64,000 bases of DNA from Eledone cirrhosa (taxonomy: Eukaryota): assembly GCA_964016885.1 (NCBI GenBank), contig OZ024743.1, positions 368,404,001 to 368,468,000 of the forward strand. The letters are read 5' to 3'. The position numbers and the translations under genes are program-made. Below the pieces are notes generated by a model. That model was not told the origin of the DNA, searched no databases, and saw nothing but the letters and a program-made list of their open reading frames with translations. Within the stretch, counting starts at the first letter, position 1. The number at the start of each line of letters is the position of its first letter. Positions 41,062 through 55,228 of this stretch are shown in pieces.

Positions 41062-41670
41062 ATGGTGGCTGCCAACTCGTTTCGAGTTTTGCCACTACTT
41101 TATATCCATGTAGGAGAACTCCTACCGATGCGCTGAACGAGTGTGACTTTTTAGTCCAGCCAGCGACTTTAAAACTCTGGTACAAACACTACACTTGTGA
41201 CAATTATTGACACATAGTGCTGGGCCCATAGTACCATGTGACGACAAGTGCAGAGAGATCTCCAGATATAAAGCAATGCCTGTGCCGTGAAGCTTTTATA
41301 GTGAGCAAAGGCACTGCACAAAGCCAGTCCCACTCTCTTAACCAAGATGATATTTAGCAAAAAGAAGAACAAGTCAACACCATTGGATACCATCAGGGTT
41401 GCAGGTGTTATATCAGAGTTTTCCTTCTCCTAGAATTCTTCCTTGACAAAGGCTAAGGGGTCATCTCTCCGGTGATTTTGGATGGCCATTGATTCTTAAG
41501 AGCTCCTTTGCCCTTTGACAGGTTTTGTTTTTAGTCCTGCAGGATATCCAAAGTCACCCTCCTCACAAGAAGGCTTGGTGGGGTTGCCAGTTTAGTCGCC
41601 AACGACCCGACCATGAGACAGGTTGTACTGGGATACATGTTACCAGTAGCACCAACTGGTGACCTGACAT
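41062..41670 (-). repeat. Unclassified interspersed repeat; diverged inverted copy at 52143-52500
   Basis: Shared gtacaacctgt..gactaaac..caaccccacca..gtgaggag..aaaaacaaaacctgtcaaaggg; strand assignment is arbitrary. Confidence 0.6.
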
Positions 41671-41829
41671 AATGTATATATATATATATCTATGTATATA
41701 TATATATATATACATACATATATACATACATACTCCAAACCCATGCTAGCGTGGAAGATGGACGTTAAACGATGATGATGATGATAATGATGATGATAAA
41801 TATATAATATATATATATATACATATGTA

Positions 41830-42844
41830 TATTTATTAAAATAACAGATTAAAGTTTAAGCAAAGAATCGCTGCTTTCACCTTAACGGGATCTTCTGAAA
41901 CTAACAAAGTCATCTGTAAACGCAGAACTGGATATTTCAAAAAACGTTGCAACCGGAAGAAGACAGGAAGACGATACTTTGGTTCGTGGTAACGTTCGCT
42001 GGCAAAGAACGGGAAAAAACGAATAATACGTCATTAATAGGAGCGGTGAAAAACAATTACGCGCAAAGACAAAAACCATATTTATGGTATAAAAGAGGTC
42101 GTAGACTAATGTTCTCTTAGGTGGTGCATAGAGACGTTCTCTGGCAATGAACGAAAAAATGAAGATAATAAGTCATATGTGGAGCGTGGAGAACAATAGC
42201 ACGCAAAGACGAAACCACGTAAATGGTATAGCAGAAATCGTAGACTAAAATTCTAACTAGGAGACCAAATGAATCTCCGCTACAGAGTTAAGAACAAAGT
42301 AAATAAATACAATACAGAATTAATAGAAACAAATAAATACATACACGCAAACAGATATGTACATACACAAGCATACGCAAAACCTTACCATGGGTATACA
42401 AAACCACGCACATATAAATATGTGTGTGTGTGTATGCTTGTGTACAAATAAATAAATAATTATATAAACGTATATAAGTAAATAAATACGTATATAACAA
42501 GCGCACACGCATACCTACATATAAATACACGAATGTTCGGAGACGTAAGTCAACTAAAACAAGAAGTACACATATACACACACCCACCATACATACGAAC
42601 CTGCACACTCACACGGACGCAAAACTCCCGTATACACATAGCCAAACCCTAAATTCCAGAATATGTAAAAATATACGCTATAACAGTCAAATATACGTAC
42701 GAGAAGGTATACATACCTTCACAAAACATACGGGTAATATATACTTACCTATGCAAATAAGTAAAGGAATAAACAAAACATATACTTAGCTCCCACATCA
42801 AGACGTAAAATATCCACGTATAGATCGTGCTATCCGTTAGGGTA
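41830..42844. repeat. Left arm of ~1 kb inverted repeat (3' pseudo-LTR)
   Basis: Reverse complement of 44964-45975; mirrored ORFs 42288-42608(-) and 45200-45484(+). Confidence 0.92.
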
Positions 42845-44954
42845 TAACATGGGGCTGTAATACAGGAAAGTTTTGTGCAATTTATGTTTACAAGCCGAAA
42901 TTGCCTCAGATTTTTTGTTTAAGATGTGGTCTGTAGCGTAGAGTATTTCCAGGGCCTCAGCGGTGCAGAGGTCACATGCACTTTTATTTCCGTTATACAA
43001 TCTAGCCCTAGCTAGGATCTCCCAGTGTAACTTATATTGGGTGTGGTTGTCTTTTAGACTCCAGATATAAGCTGAAAGTGACGTCATATTCCTTCTTAGA
43101 GGGTAACGAAAGAATGGGTATGCATGTAAAGACGCTGCTTGAAACTATTGGCGGTTAACCCTATGTAGGCCCTACGGGATGTGGGTGTTACAACCTTACA
43201 TTTGTAGACAATGTTACTAGAGAGGCATTTCCCAGATAGGGGGCAATCAGCCCGATTCCTACAATTACAGTTAGTACTAACTACAGGGTTGCACGTGTTC
43301 CTACGGCTAGGTAGTTTAGCTAAATTTGAAGCTGTGATGTTATGTGCAAGGTTAGGAGTCGTAGAGTAAGAAATTTTAATAGTATTTCTATTAAAAATTT
43401 TACTATATTTATGTGTAGGGGGAAAATGCTTCGTAATAAGGGAAAGAAAGATCTTAGCTAATGGTGTGGCCACCTCCATATTATATGGTGGGTTAAACCA
43501 ACAAATGCGACGGGATCTATTTCTTCTAGGTCTATTTTCGTACTCTGTATAAGCTACCTTATCGACAAATCCACTTCGAGCAAGAGCTTCATTGTAATAA
43601 GTGGAATGGTCGTTGAAAATGCGCTCGTTGGTGGAAAGACGGGAAAGCCTCAACGAAACGTTTCTTACCAGGTTCTTGGTTATGCTGGCAGGATGGTTGG
43701 AATGCTTACCTATGTAATTAAGCGTATCATTCGGCTTTCTATACGGGTAATACATCCCATTCAATAAATTGAGGGTAACGTCGAGGTAATTAACGACCGA
43801 GAGATTGGCCTCAACCTGTATAGAGAGGTTGAAGCCTTTAAAGAAGGCTGTGAGTTCTTTTCTGAACCTGTCGCAAGCACGAGGTCCGCACTTAGTCATG
43901 GTCAAAAGACCATCGTCACGGTACAAACCACCGCCCGCGTTGGGGAATTCATCCTTGATAGAGAAAAGAAGGAAAAGGCCAATAAGATCAGTAACCTCCG
44001 CAGAGTCACTGGCGCCCATACTCACGTCGAATGGGGTACTATTGGATTTTTTAATCCAAATAGAGTCGTTGAAATTAATCACCGACTTTCGGGCATTAAG
44101 GATGACATCAACTTCAAAATCCTTAACCACTGTGAGTGTTTTAGCGAAATCGATAGCTCTAAGGAGAAGTGGTAAAGTGATGGAGGAGTAGTAATTGTTG
44201 ATGTCGAATTGGATAAAACGGCAATGTTCCTTGTTACATATGCCGTTGAACCAATCAATCACCGCGAAAGAATTGTTCCACAGTGCGAGAGGGGCCAAAC
44301 TTCTAATTTCAGGTATAATTCTATCAAGAATCGTTTTACTAAGTCTACCTAAATCGGATTTTGTAGGGTTAATAAGCCGAATAGAGGGGTTGTTCGGAAA
44401 ATTGGATTTGTGATCCTTCAGGGTAAAGTGGGGAGAGATAGGGTCCAGAGGTTCGGTCCGCTCCAGGATGTTGAGATCAGATGTGATTTTAAACCCAGCA
44501 TCGTTGATTTCATTGATGACGCACCGATTAGTTTTACGGTAATCCTTAGTTACAGCATTATGTAGTAGTTGATGGTAAGTACTGCGCTCCACTTGATATA
44601 GGTTGCCAGTTTTGTCGGAATGGACATGCACGGCGTTAGAATCCTTAATAGAACGAATTCTATTCTTCAGGTCTTGCTGGAAGGAATTGCTCCTATTCCG
44701 AAATTTGATATTCCGTATGAGTTCCAAGACATCATTCTCGAAGGGTAGCAATGCTGGGTTCCACGGAGGGTTATTATAAGTTTTAAATCCAAATTTATCC
44801 TGTTGTCTGCTTTTCGCGGATTATCGAAATAAAAGGCACGCCAACGCAACCTTTTAATGAACGCGTCTGTTTTCTGTATTAGGAGTTTTAGGTATGTTTT
44901 CCTGCTTGGTACGGGTATGTTCTTTGTAGAAATATTCAGATGTGGTTTTTGCAT
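42830..44954 (-). pseudogene. Penelope-like RT/GIY-YIG polyprotein with two frameshifts (about 44800 and 43100)
   Basis: ISTKNIP..KRLRWRAF; SDKTGN; KDHK..PSIRLINP; FIQFDINNYYSSI; FDVSMGA; LYRDD; NYLDV; YRKP; WFNPPY; CNC..CPLSGKC; IVYKC..YIGLT..FKQR..H; TSLSAYIWSLK..CDLC..E..LN..CKH. Confidence 0.9.
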
Positions 44955-44963
44955 GATGAATAT

Positions 44964-45975
44964 TACCCTAACGGATAGCACGATCTATACGTGGATATTT
45001 TACGTCTTGATGTGGGAGCTAAGTATATGTTTTGTTTTTTCCTTTACTTATTTGCATAGGTAAGTATATATTACCCGTATGTTTTGTGAAGGTATGTATA
45101 CCTTCTCGTACGTATATTTGACTGTTATAGCGTATATTTTTACATATTCTGGAATTTAGGGTTTGGCTATGTGTATACGGGAGTTTTGCGTCCGCGTGAG
45201 TGTGCAGGTTCGTATGTATGGTGGGTGTGTGTATATGTGTACTTCTTGTTTTAGTTGACTTACGTCTCCGAACATTCGTGTATTTATATGTAGGTATGCG
45301 TGTGCGCTTGTTATATACGTATTTATTTACTTATATACGTTTATATAATTATTTATTTGTACACAAGCATACACACACACACATATTTATATGTGCGTGG
45401 TTTTGTATACCCATGGTAAGGTTTTGCGTATGCTTGTGTATGTACGTATCTGTTTGCGTGTATGTATTTATTTGTTTCTATTAATTCTGTATTGTATTTA
45501 TTTACTTTGTTCTTAACTCTGTAGCGGAGATTCATTTGGTCTCCTAGTTAGAATTTTAGTCTACGACTTCTGCTATACCATTTACGTGGTTTTGTCTTTG
45601 CGTGCTATTGTTCTCCACGCTCCACATATGACTTATTATCTTCATTTTTTCGTTCATTGCCAGAGAACGTCTCTATGCACCACCTAAGAGAACATTAGTC
45701 TACGACCTCTTTTATACCATAAATGTGGTTTTGTCTTTGCGCGTAATTGTTTTTCACCGCTCCTATTAATGACGTATTATTCGTTTTTTCCCGTTCTTTG
45801 CCAGCGAACGTTACCATGAACCAAAGTATCGTCTTCCTGTCTTCCTCCGGTTGCAACGTTTTTTGAAATATCCAGTTCTGCGTTTACAGATTGACTTTGT
45901 TAGTTTCAGAAGATCCTGTTAAGGGTGAAAGCAGCGATTCTTTGCTTAAACTTTAATCTGTTATTTTAATAAATA
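44964..45975. repeat. Right arm of ~1 kb inverted repeat (inverted pseudo-LTR)
   Basis: Begins taccctaacggatagcacg, the reverse complement of the ORF's last codons. Confidence 0.92.
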
Positions 45976-46316
45976 TTTGCTCTACGGTTCTTATATATTT
46001 GATATATATTTTCCTTATCGAGCCCTCTTTGGATTTTAGTCTTCAATTTTATTATTATTACTATACATAGATATATATATATATATACATAAATATATAC
46101 ATAAATATATATATATGTGTGCATGTATGTATATATATATATACATACTACTGTATGTCTGTATACATATATGTATGTACGTGTACATACTTATAGTTAA
46201 GTAACAGCCGTACTAAGAGTGGGAAATGAAATTTCGTTTCATTTTTTCCGTTTATATATACATAAATATATACATAAATATATACATAAATATATATATA
46301 TATACATATATATATG

Positions 46317-46440
<124 letters not shown>

Positions 46441-49084
46441 CAAACAAATTTCATAACTTTTGACTTAATATAAATCTTAGTGAAAGAAATTGTCAGATTT
46501 GGTAATTATCATTTCTTAACAACTCCAGCCTGTAATATAAATTATAGTCTAAATATTGCACTTGTATGAAGAACAGAATATTTATAGTTTTACTATAACA
46601 GCATGTTTGCTCTTGTGATGTCTTACCAGTCAATTTTTTTCTTTGTGTTGGCAGTTATTCAGAAGGCAAACTAGCACTGTTTCAGTAGATTTTATTGTTT
46701 ACAAATATTTTATTTTTATTTTTAATCTATATAATAGCTTCATTGATATTTTACATGAAAATATTGAATTTTATTTCTTTAGAATATATATCACTGGGTA
46801 CATACACTTTATTCACAGATTCATTGTATCTCTTGGTCATCTTAACAATTCTTTAGAAATGCTTCATTTTTATTATGTTCCCTTTAATGTTCAATACAAT
46901 AGAAGGAACAATTTTCAAGCCATTAAATTCTAGAACCATCAAGTGATGTACAAGACCTGGTCTTTTTGTAATTTATCTCCCATTTAAAAAAATAGTTTTA
47001 AGCAGAAGTTATTTATATTTATTCAGCCTACCCCTAAGTATTGAAATCTGTTTTTAAAACCAATAACAAAGTTCCATAGTGAAACTAATCATTCTATCGT
47101 AAGATTTCCATATAAGTTTGAAATAACCATTTTCTTTTAAGCACTAATGCAAGGAAGATAGGAGGTGCCTGTATGATTTTGTTAGATAATGTGCATCTAC
47201 AAATGTATTTCTTTTCATCTTATCTGAGGAACTATAATTATGTTGTTAGAAAATGTTTGTTTGTTGTTTTTTTTTGTTTCCTAATGTTTTCTGTAGGTAA
47301 TCTCCAAGTTTGAAAAACTATTGTGATAGCAAGCTGAACTCCTGTAGATTCAAATCATTCTCAATAAACATATCTATAGCTGAGTAAGGAAATGATGAAG
47401 ATGATGATGAGGAGGGCTACTTTATTGTTTATTCATATTCATAAATACTGTCAGCTTTCTTATGAGAAATGAGAGAATACATTTTGTTGTTCCTTTCTTT
47501 TCTTCATTTTCATGAAGCGTTTCAGGAGAAAACAATTTATATCTGCAGGGTAAAGAAGCAGGTGGATATAAGAGAAATATTACATGCTATTACAAATCTG
47601 TGTTTGTTTCCTGGAAGGAAATCTGTTTTATGAGTATATCTTCAGAGAAATTGTGCAAGAGAAAAGACAAGGTATTAATAGATTGGTGTAACATGTGAGA
47701 ACTGTTGTAGAAGGTGAGAGACAGGGATTATGAACTGCAGTTTTAATAGGAGGGAATGAGTAAAGAAAGAACTGAAATTGAATAGAGTAAATCTTTCAGC
47801 AATTGCAAAGTGTTTGATAAAGGTGTTTCTCCTACAGCACAGCTTGTTAAGACCTGATCATTATTTTCTAAAGAGAGTTTCCTTAACTGTATTTGCCTGT
47901 ATAGTTTATAATAAAAATTCTAAGCATGTAGTTGTTGAAAATTTCATGTGTAGCATTTATTCAAACACGTACATGTAATTCAACTTTGGAGAACTTCAAT
48001 AATCTTAACTCACAACTGAAACCAAATATATTTTCAATAGCTCGTTTTCTTTCTTTTGTTTTTAATTAACAAAGAAAACACAAAATATTTAGATAAACCT
48101 TTATTATAACTAATTTGGAAGTGAGAAATTCATATATCTGTTGTTTCCATTAGGTGTGAAATTTTTTTTTTCTAATTATTTATTGCAAACTCCAGTTATT
48201 TTTCTAGATCTTTCTTTGTATAATTAATTACAACCGTGAGAATATTATTAATGTTGTCGGGTTTTCTTTTACTTTGAATTTGAAGATATATTAATTACTT
48301 CTCAGCAATTTGTTGGTGAAGAAAGAAAATTGTTTCCTCACATATGCACACACACATTATCTTTTTAATGTGATCTCTAAGAAAAGCTTGTTGATTTTTG
48401 TTCTGTAGATTTGTGTAAGATATAAAGTTATTTCAGCAATGCTTTGTGAGGTATTCTATATGAAAGCTGAAACAAAGAGAGTTGATGTAAAGAAGTCTCT
48501 TTCTGAATGCCGCATGATTCTAATGTGTGTGTGTGTGTGTGTGTTTTAGAACATGTGTGAGGATAAATAAAATTACGATTGTCAAACTAGTTACTGATTC
48601 TCAATAATGATGAGATTCTCCCTGTAAATGCTTTTATATTTTTTCACCATCATCATCTTTAGCAGCTACAGCTGCAGCAGTCAAGCTACTACTGTAGCAG
48701 TAACAATAGCAGTAGCAGTTGATATAGACGGAACTAAGCATAGAAAAGAAAAGAAAGTGGAGAATGCAGAAGGGGATGGATATTATTAATAGTTGGAAAA
48801 TAGGTCTGCTCGGAGTTGTAGATAAGGTGTGCTGCAGTGAGCAGCACTGACTGATTCCCTTACTGCAGTGCTTATTACCTGGATGATGAGCCTGAACACA
48901 GCAGCACTTTCAGAGCCATCATTTCAGAAATGATTGTACAGTTAAAGTGGTTGTTGGCTGTGTTGCTACCTTCCAATGTATAGTTACTGCCTTCTTCCTT
49001 CTCTCTCTCATTTACTTTCTATCTCTTGTCTCTCTTCCTTCTGAATCTCTCTTCTCTGTCTCTTCTTATCTCTCCTTTCTCCCA

Positions 49085-49133
<49 letters not shown>

Positions 49134-49645
49134 TCCCTCATTTACTTTCTGTTGGATCATGGCAATGAAGGAATATCTCTGTGGAAGTGGCAGTAGCCAG
49201 TGTGACTGTCACCAGTCTTTGCTACTCACTGTCCTGCATGCTGTTCTGTTGATAGTTAACTGAACACTCGCTTGGTGGTAATATCAGCAATATTATACAT
49301 ATGATGAGCACCGAAAGATCAGTTTACTCAGTTACAATGAAGATGTGGCCGGCCAGCTGGACATCAGCATGGTTGGTATACTTAATATTTTTTTTTTTTT
49401 GTTATTCCTCATGCTGTATAATTCATCTTTTTTCTTTCTTCTGTCTTCCTTCACTTTGTTTACGCTTATTTTCACTTTCATTCTCAGACAAATGTTTAAT
49501 TTATTTCTCTCTTTCTCCCTCTCACACAAACACATTCAATGGTGGGAGGGGAACATAGTTCTCAATAACTTCATAATTCTTTCCTTTACACACACATTTA
49601 TATCCCATGTGATGCAAGCATAGAAAAATGGACATAAAAATGATG

Positions 49646-49696
<51 letters not shown>

Positions 49697-52051
49697 TATA
49701 CACACATATATGTGTGTGTAGATACACATATATATTCAACAAGAAACACAGTTCTCAATAACTTCATAGTTCTTTCCTTGTTATATATACAGATGTGTAT
49801 ATGTGTGTATTCATCACAGCATGTTGATTTTTGTTTTTTTTTGTTTTTTATATAATTTGTCTCCTGCAGATAATTATCAAATCTCTGGTTGCTACATTAT
49901 TAATGATAAATTACTAAGAAGCAACTTTGAGGTATTCAGGTGTGTGTGTATTTTTATTAATATATATACACACACAGATATATACATAAATACATGCACA
50001 CACACACACACACACACATATTCATGATAGTATCTGTTTTCCAGGGTATACATGGGTTGGATATGTTTGCAATAGATCTTTTAAAAAAACAATTTTAAGT
50101 TTTGTAACATCACATCTGACTTCACTACTTTCTCTTAACTTTTTCTCACTCTAGCTTTGTGTGCATGTGGATGTATGTATGTCTATGCAAATGTTAGGTA
50201 AGGCTTCATTTAAAACCTTTTAAAGACATCTGACAAGTGTGTGTGTGCAATGTAGATGGGATATGAATTTAATTACATTGTTAACCTACACACACACTCA
50301 GTTACATATAAGGAAGAGAGACTACTAGACAAAGATATATGATAGACATCTTTATGTAAATCTATTTAAGGTTCATTTCAGGCTACGGAGATTTATCTAA
50401 ATTAGATTTTGCTTGCTTATTATTTCTTATGCATGTTTAGTGAAATGTTTAGATGTTAGGGATTATGTCTCTTATTTTTGCTTTTCTTAAAAACAACCTG
50501 TTAGTTTCCTATATATATATAAGTATTAATAATTAATACTAATTATAATTAATTTTGACATTAATTTCAAATGAGTGTTGATGGAAAATATTTTTTTTTA
50601 TTTTCCAAAGTATGTGAAAAAAAAAATCTAAATTTTGAACAAATTTAAGTGACCCCCCCCCCCCCCCCCCCGCAATGCACACAAATCCTCTTCCCACATG
50701 TTTACTTACAGATATTCACATAAGTATGTGTATATATGGTATTTGTCGGAGTTTCTGTTTTGTTTAATTATTATGTCTGAATTTTTAATTGAACTTCCAT
50801 ATAAAAAGATTATCACACTGTTTTAACTCTATAAAATTATTAAAATACTTCATAAAACCAGTAAATATCATTATCATCATCAAAATCGTTTAATTTAATT
50901 GAGAATATAGTGCTTTCCAAATTACAAAATGTAAATGGATAAATATAAAATGCTTAAATTTATTTACCATTTCCTGGAATCTGTTAATTATGCAATTGCT
51001 AAATATATTGTAGTTAACAATAGAAAGTCCTTACAACAAAATTTAACATGCGTCTTGCTCTAATTATAAAAGTGAGAACTATAGATATTTTAAGTTCAAA
51101 TCAAAGCAAATAACTAACTCTGTTAAGATTAAAAGAATATCAGGGATCCAATTTACACATGTACACACAATACATTTCCTATCTAAATTGTGATGCTAGG
51201 TGGTGTTGGAGAAACATTTACTGATCAACAACTCTACTTATACTTATTCTTGATTTAAAAAAATATATTTATATAAATATGTATACTCTCTAAAAGTAAG
51301 CCCCAAAATAAAATTTATCATTGTCTTATCAATGCGTGTGTGCATTAATTTTTTCTCTCTTTCACTCGCTGCCTCCATCTCACTCACTCTCCCTCTCTAT
51401 CACTATTATAAGCAAATGGTAGCCCACGTGCTGGCCACCTGGGGGGACAGAATAGAGAAGGCGTTTCCCCAGAATTCATGGATTATCTGTTACATCCACC
51501 CACCTTCTAAAACAGCATATTCAGTCTATCATCTAATATGACTTCAAATTCAATATATGCATATTCCAATTATGTATTAAAGGATTTTGATTTGGGGGGG
51601 GTTATTGGTTCCATTCTATCTCTATGATATGTTGGAATCTTAAATAATTTGTTGCATGCAAAAAAAGATTATATTTCTTCTTATTTTTAATACTGCCCAT
51701 TTCAAAATAGCTAAACTGTTGTATTTTAATTTAAAGGGAATATAAGTGACTTTTATATTCCATAGTTTTAAAACTTTTCTAAGTCAGGTAAGTGTGTGGA
51801 AGTCTCAACAAATATATATATGTATGTATATATGTGCGTGTGTATGTGTATATATGTGTATGTGTGTATGTATATAAACACACACACTCATGCATACATG
51901 CAAATACAAACACAAATGGTACAACTTAGCTGAAACTTCAAAACCACTGTTACTTTTTCAATTAGAAAATAAATTTATATATTCTACCTGCCAGTATTGA
52001 GTGCTATTTCAGTTAATGTTTGAGTGTTTTAAATACTACAGTATTTTAAGC

Positions 52052-52084
<33 letters not shown>

Positions 52085-52104
52085 CGTCTCTCTCTCTCTC
52101 TCTC

Positions 52105-52142
<38 letters not shown>

Positions 52143-52143
<1 letters not shown>

Positions 52144-52500
52144 ACACGTAACCTAGTACAACCTGTGCATGGACAGGTCATCGGTGACTAAACCGACAAC
52201 CCCACCATGCTTAGTGAGGAGTGTAGATTTGGACACTCTGCTGGATGAAAAACAAAACCTGTCAAAGGGTGGAGCAGCTCAGGAGAGTCAACGGTCAATG
52301 AACTTTTTATTATAAGACATCTCTCTAGTGGAAGGTCACTCTAATATAAAACCTGCAACTTTGTTTGCATCCAATGATGTAGACCAGTTCTTCTTTTGGG
52401 GCAAATGCATTCTATGTTCAGAGAGTGGGATTTACCCCAATGCAAAGCCTTTCCTCACTTAAAAAAGGCATCGCTTGATGTGTGACATTTTTCATAATTC
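52143..52500 (+). repeat. Diverged copy of the 41062-41670 repeat
   Basis: Inverted homology seen by eye. Confidence 0.55.
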
Positions 52501-52614
52501 ATAGCATTGCTAGCCATAGGCAAGTCCCTAGTAGGACTAAAAGCTTTGTCCATCCATGATCCTCATGCTTAAGCCTCAAGCGATGGCATTACTCGAAATC
52601 GAGTTGCAGCCAAC

Positions 52615-52679
<65 letters not shown>

Positions 52680-52686
52680 CATATGC

Positions 52687-52718
<32 letters not shown>

Positions 52719-52825
52719 TTATATATATACACATACATATGCATATATATTTATATATATACATATATATATATATACATACATACATATGCATATATAT
52801 ATATATATATATATATACATACATA

Positions 52826-52863
<38 letters not shown>

Positions 52864-53402
52864 CATATATATATATATATAGACATACATATGCATATAT
52901 ATATATTTATATATATACATACATATATATATACATAAATATGCATATATATATATATATATACATACATATATATATATAGACATACATATGCATATAT
53001 ATATATTTATATATATACATACATATATATATACATAAATATGCATATATATATATTTATATATATACATACATATATATATACATAAATATGCATATAT
53101 ATATATTTAGTATTAAGGGTACTATTTATGGTTATGTATGCAATAAAACCTTTGATGGTAATATATTATATATACACAAACCCTAAATAGTGAGAGATAG
53201 TCTTTAATTACTATCCTCGGTTTGGAGGAAACAATTGTAAGCAAATAAATGACTTAAACTGAACTTTGATTACTGTAATCTCTATATATATATTTATATA
53301 TATATACATGCATATGCAATATATTATATATTTATATATATACATGCATATATATATATATTTATATATATACATACATATGCATATATACATATATATA
53401 AT

Positions 53403-53740
53403 GGAGGCACATGGCTCAGTGTTTAGAGCATTGGCCTCTGCAATCGAAATGTTGTGAGTTCAATTCTCAGACCGGGTGATGTGCTGTTTCCTTGAGCAAG
53501 ACACTTTATTTCACATTGCTCCAGTTTACTCAGCTGTAGAAATGAGATGATAGGGACTGGGGTCCCTATCATTCCACTGCAAAGTGGTCGTGTAGGTGCC
53601 ACGGCAAAAAAGCACCCAGTACTCACTGTAAATGAGGTTGGTGTTAGGAAGGGCATCCAGCTGTAGAAATCAAGCCAGAATCAGTTCCCGTCCAACCCTT
53701 GCAAGCAGGGAAAAGCGGACGTAAAATGATGATGATGATG
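53403..53740 (+). mobile_element. Full-length CORE-like tRNA SINE with RTE tail
   Basis: A-box tggctcagtgtttaga, B-box gagttcaattc, CORE-like segment, tail ggacgtaaaatgatgatg. Confidence 0.85.
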
Positions 53741-54524
53741 ATACATATGCATATATATATACATATATATATATTTATATATATATACATATGCATATAT
53801 ATATATATACATATATATATATATTTATATATATACATATATATATATTTATATATATACATATATATATATAAATATATATATACATATATATATACAT
53901 TTGTTTATATATATATATATATAACAAATGTATATATATATATATGTATATATAAATATGTATATATATATATATGTATATATAAATATGTATATATATA
54001 TATATGTATATATAAATATGTATATATATATATATGTATATATAAATATGTATATATAAATATGTATATATATAAATATGTATATATATAAATATGTATA
54101 TATAAATATGTATATCTGAAGACAGCATATATATGTGAAGGTATGTATATTCCCTCTGATAGTTTGTATAATTTTGTACATAGATCTATAGAATATGCAT
54201 ACCAATTCTAACACATATATGTCCTAGAAACGATCGTAAAATAATGAACTTTTTTTGTTTAATATAAGGAACTGTTTCTTTGTTTATTCATTATTTTTTT
54301 ACTAATTTAAATATGTATATATATATCTATATATAAATATGTATATATATAAATATGTATATATATATATGTATATATAAATATGTATATATATATATAT
54401 ATGTATATATAAATATGTATATACATATATGTATATATATAAATATATATATATATGTATATATATATATGCATATGTATATATGTATATATATATATAT
54501 ATATGCATATGTATATATATATAA

Positions 54525-54569
<45 letters not shown>

Positions 54570-54581
54570 TATGTATGTATA

Positions 54582-54869
54582 TCATCATCATCATCATTTC
54601 ATTTTACATCCGCTTTTCCCTGCTTGCAAGGGTGGGACGGGAACTGATTCCGGCTTGATTTCTACAGCTGGATGCCCTTCCTAACACCAACCTCATTTAC
54701 AGTGAGTACTGGGTGCTTTTTTGCCGTGGCACCGGCACGACCACTTTGCAGTTGAATGATTGTGACCCCTGCCCCTATCATCTCATTTCTACAGCTGAGT
54801 AAACTGGAGCAATGTGAAATAAAGTGTCTTGCTCAAGGAAACAACACATCACCCGGTCTGAGAATTGAA
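54582..54869 (-). mobile_element. 5'-truncated CORE-like SINE
   Basis: Same family as 53403-53740. Confidence 0.85.
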
Positions 54870-54951
54870 AATATATATATGCATATGTATGTATATATAT
54901 ATGTATGTATATACATAAATATATATATATATATATATGCAAATGTATGTG

Positions 54952-54993
<42 letters not shown>

Positions 54994-55041
54994 AATATAT
55001 ATGTATATATATATATATATGTATATATATAAATATATATG

Positions 55042-55072
<31 letters not shown>

Positions 55073-55197
55073 GAATATGTATGTATATATAAATATATAT
55101 ATATATATGTATGTATATATAAATATATATATATATATGTATATATATAAATATATATGTATATATATATATTTATATATATATATGAATATGTATG

Positions 55198-55228
<31 letters not shown>

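Larger units (their letters stand above)
41830..46060 (-). mobile_element. Penelope-like retroelement (C-terminal GIY-YIG, Hydra-clade-like) with inverted pseudo-LTRs
   Basis: RT plus EN ORF remnants flanked by ~1 kb inverted repeats; TA tracts on both sides. Confidence 0.9.

Noticed and set aside
42830-44954. Possible Naiad-type or selenoprotein-coding PLE
   Set aside because: The endonuclease is C-terminal, and the ORF breaks are frameshifts rather than in-frame UGA at Cys positions.
45900-45945. Hammerhead-like text in the Penelope pseudo-LTR (cagaagatcc..ggtgaaagcagc), mirrored at 41860-41905
   Set aside because: The core reads CAGAAGA in both arms, there is no UH after stem III and no stem I pairing. 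At best it is a dead remnant.
41830-45975. DNA transposon with long TIRs
   Set aside because: The enclosed ORF is RT plus GIY-YIG rather than a transposase, and inverted pLTRs are a known PLE arrangement.
51424-51448. E-box CACGTG next to a CTCF-like tggccacctggggg
   Set aside because: Short motifs with mismatches at core positions; expected by chance without chromatin data.
53225-53250. GAAAcaattgTA, a palindromic stem III-like motif
   Set aside because: No recognisable CUGANGA box upstream.
53403-53475. tRNA gene
   Set aside because: It is the head of a multi-copy SINE, with no acceptor stem closure.
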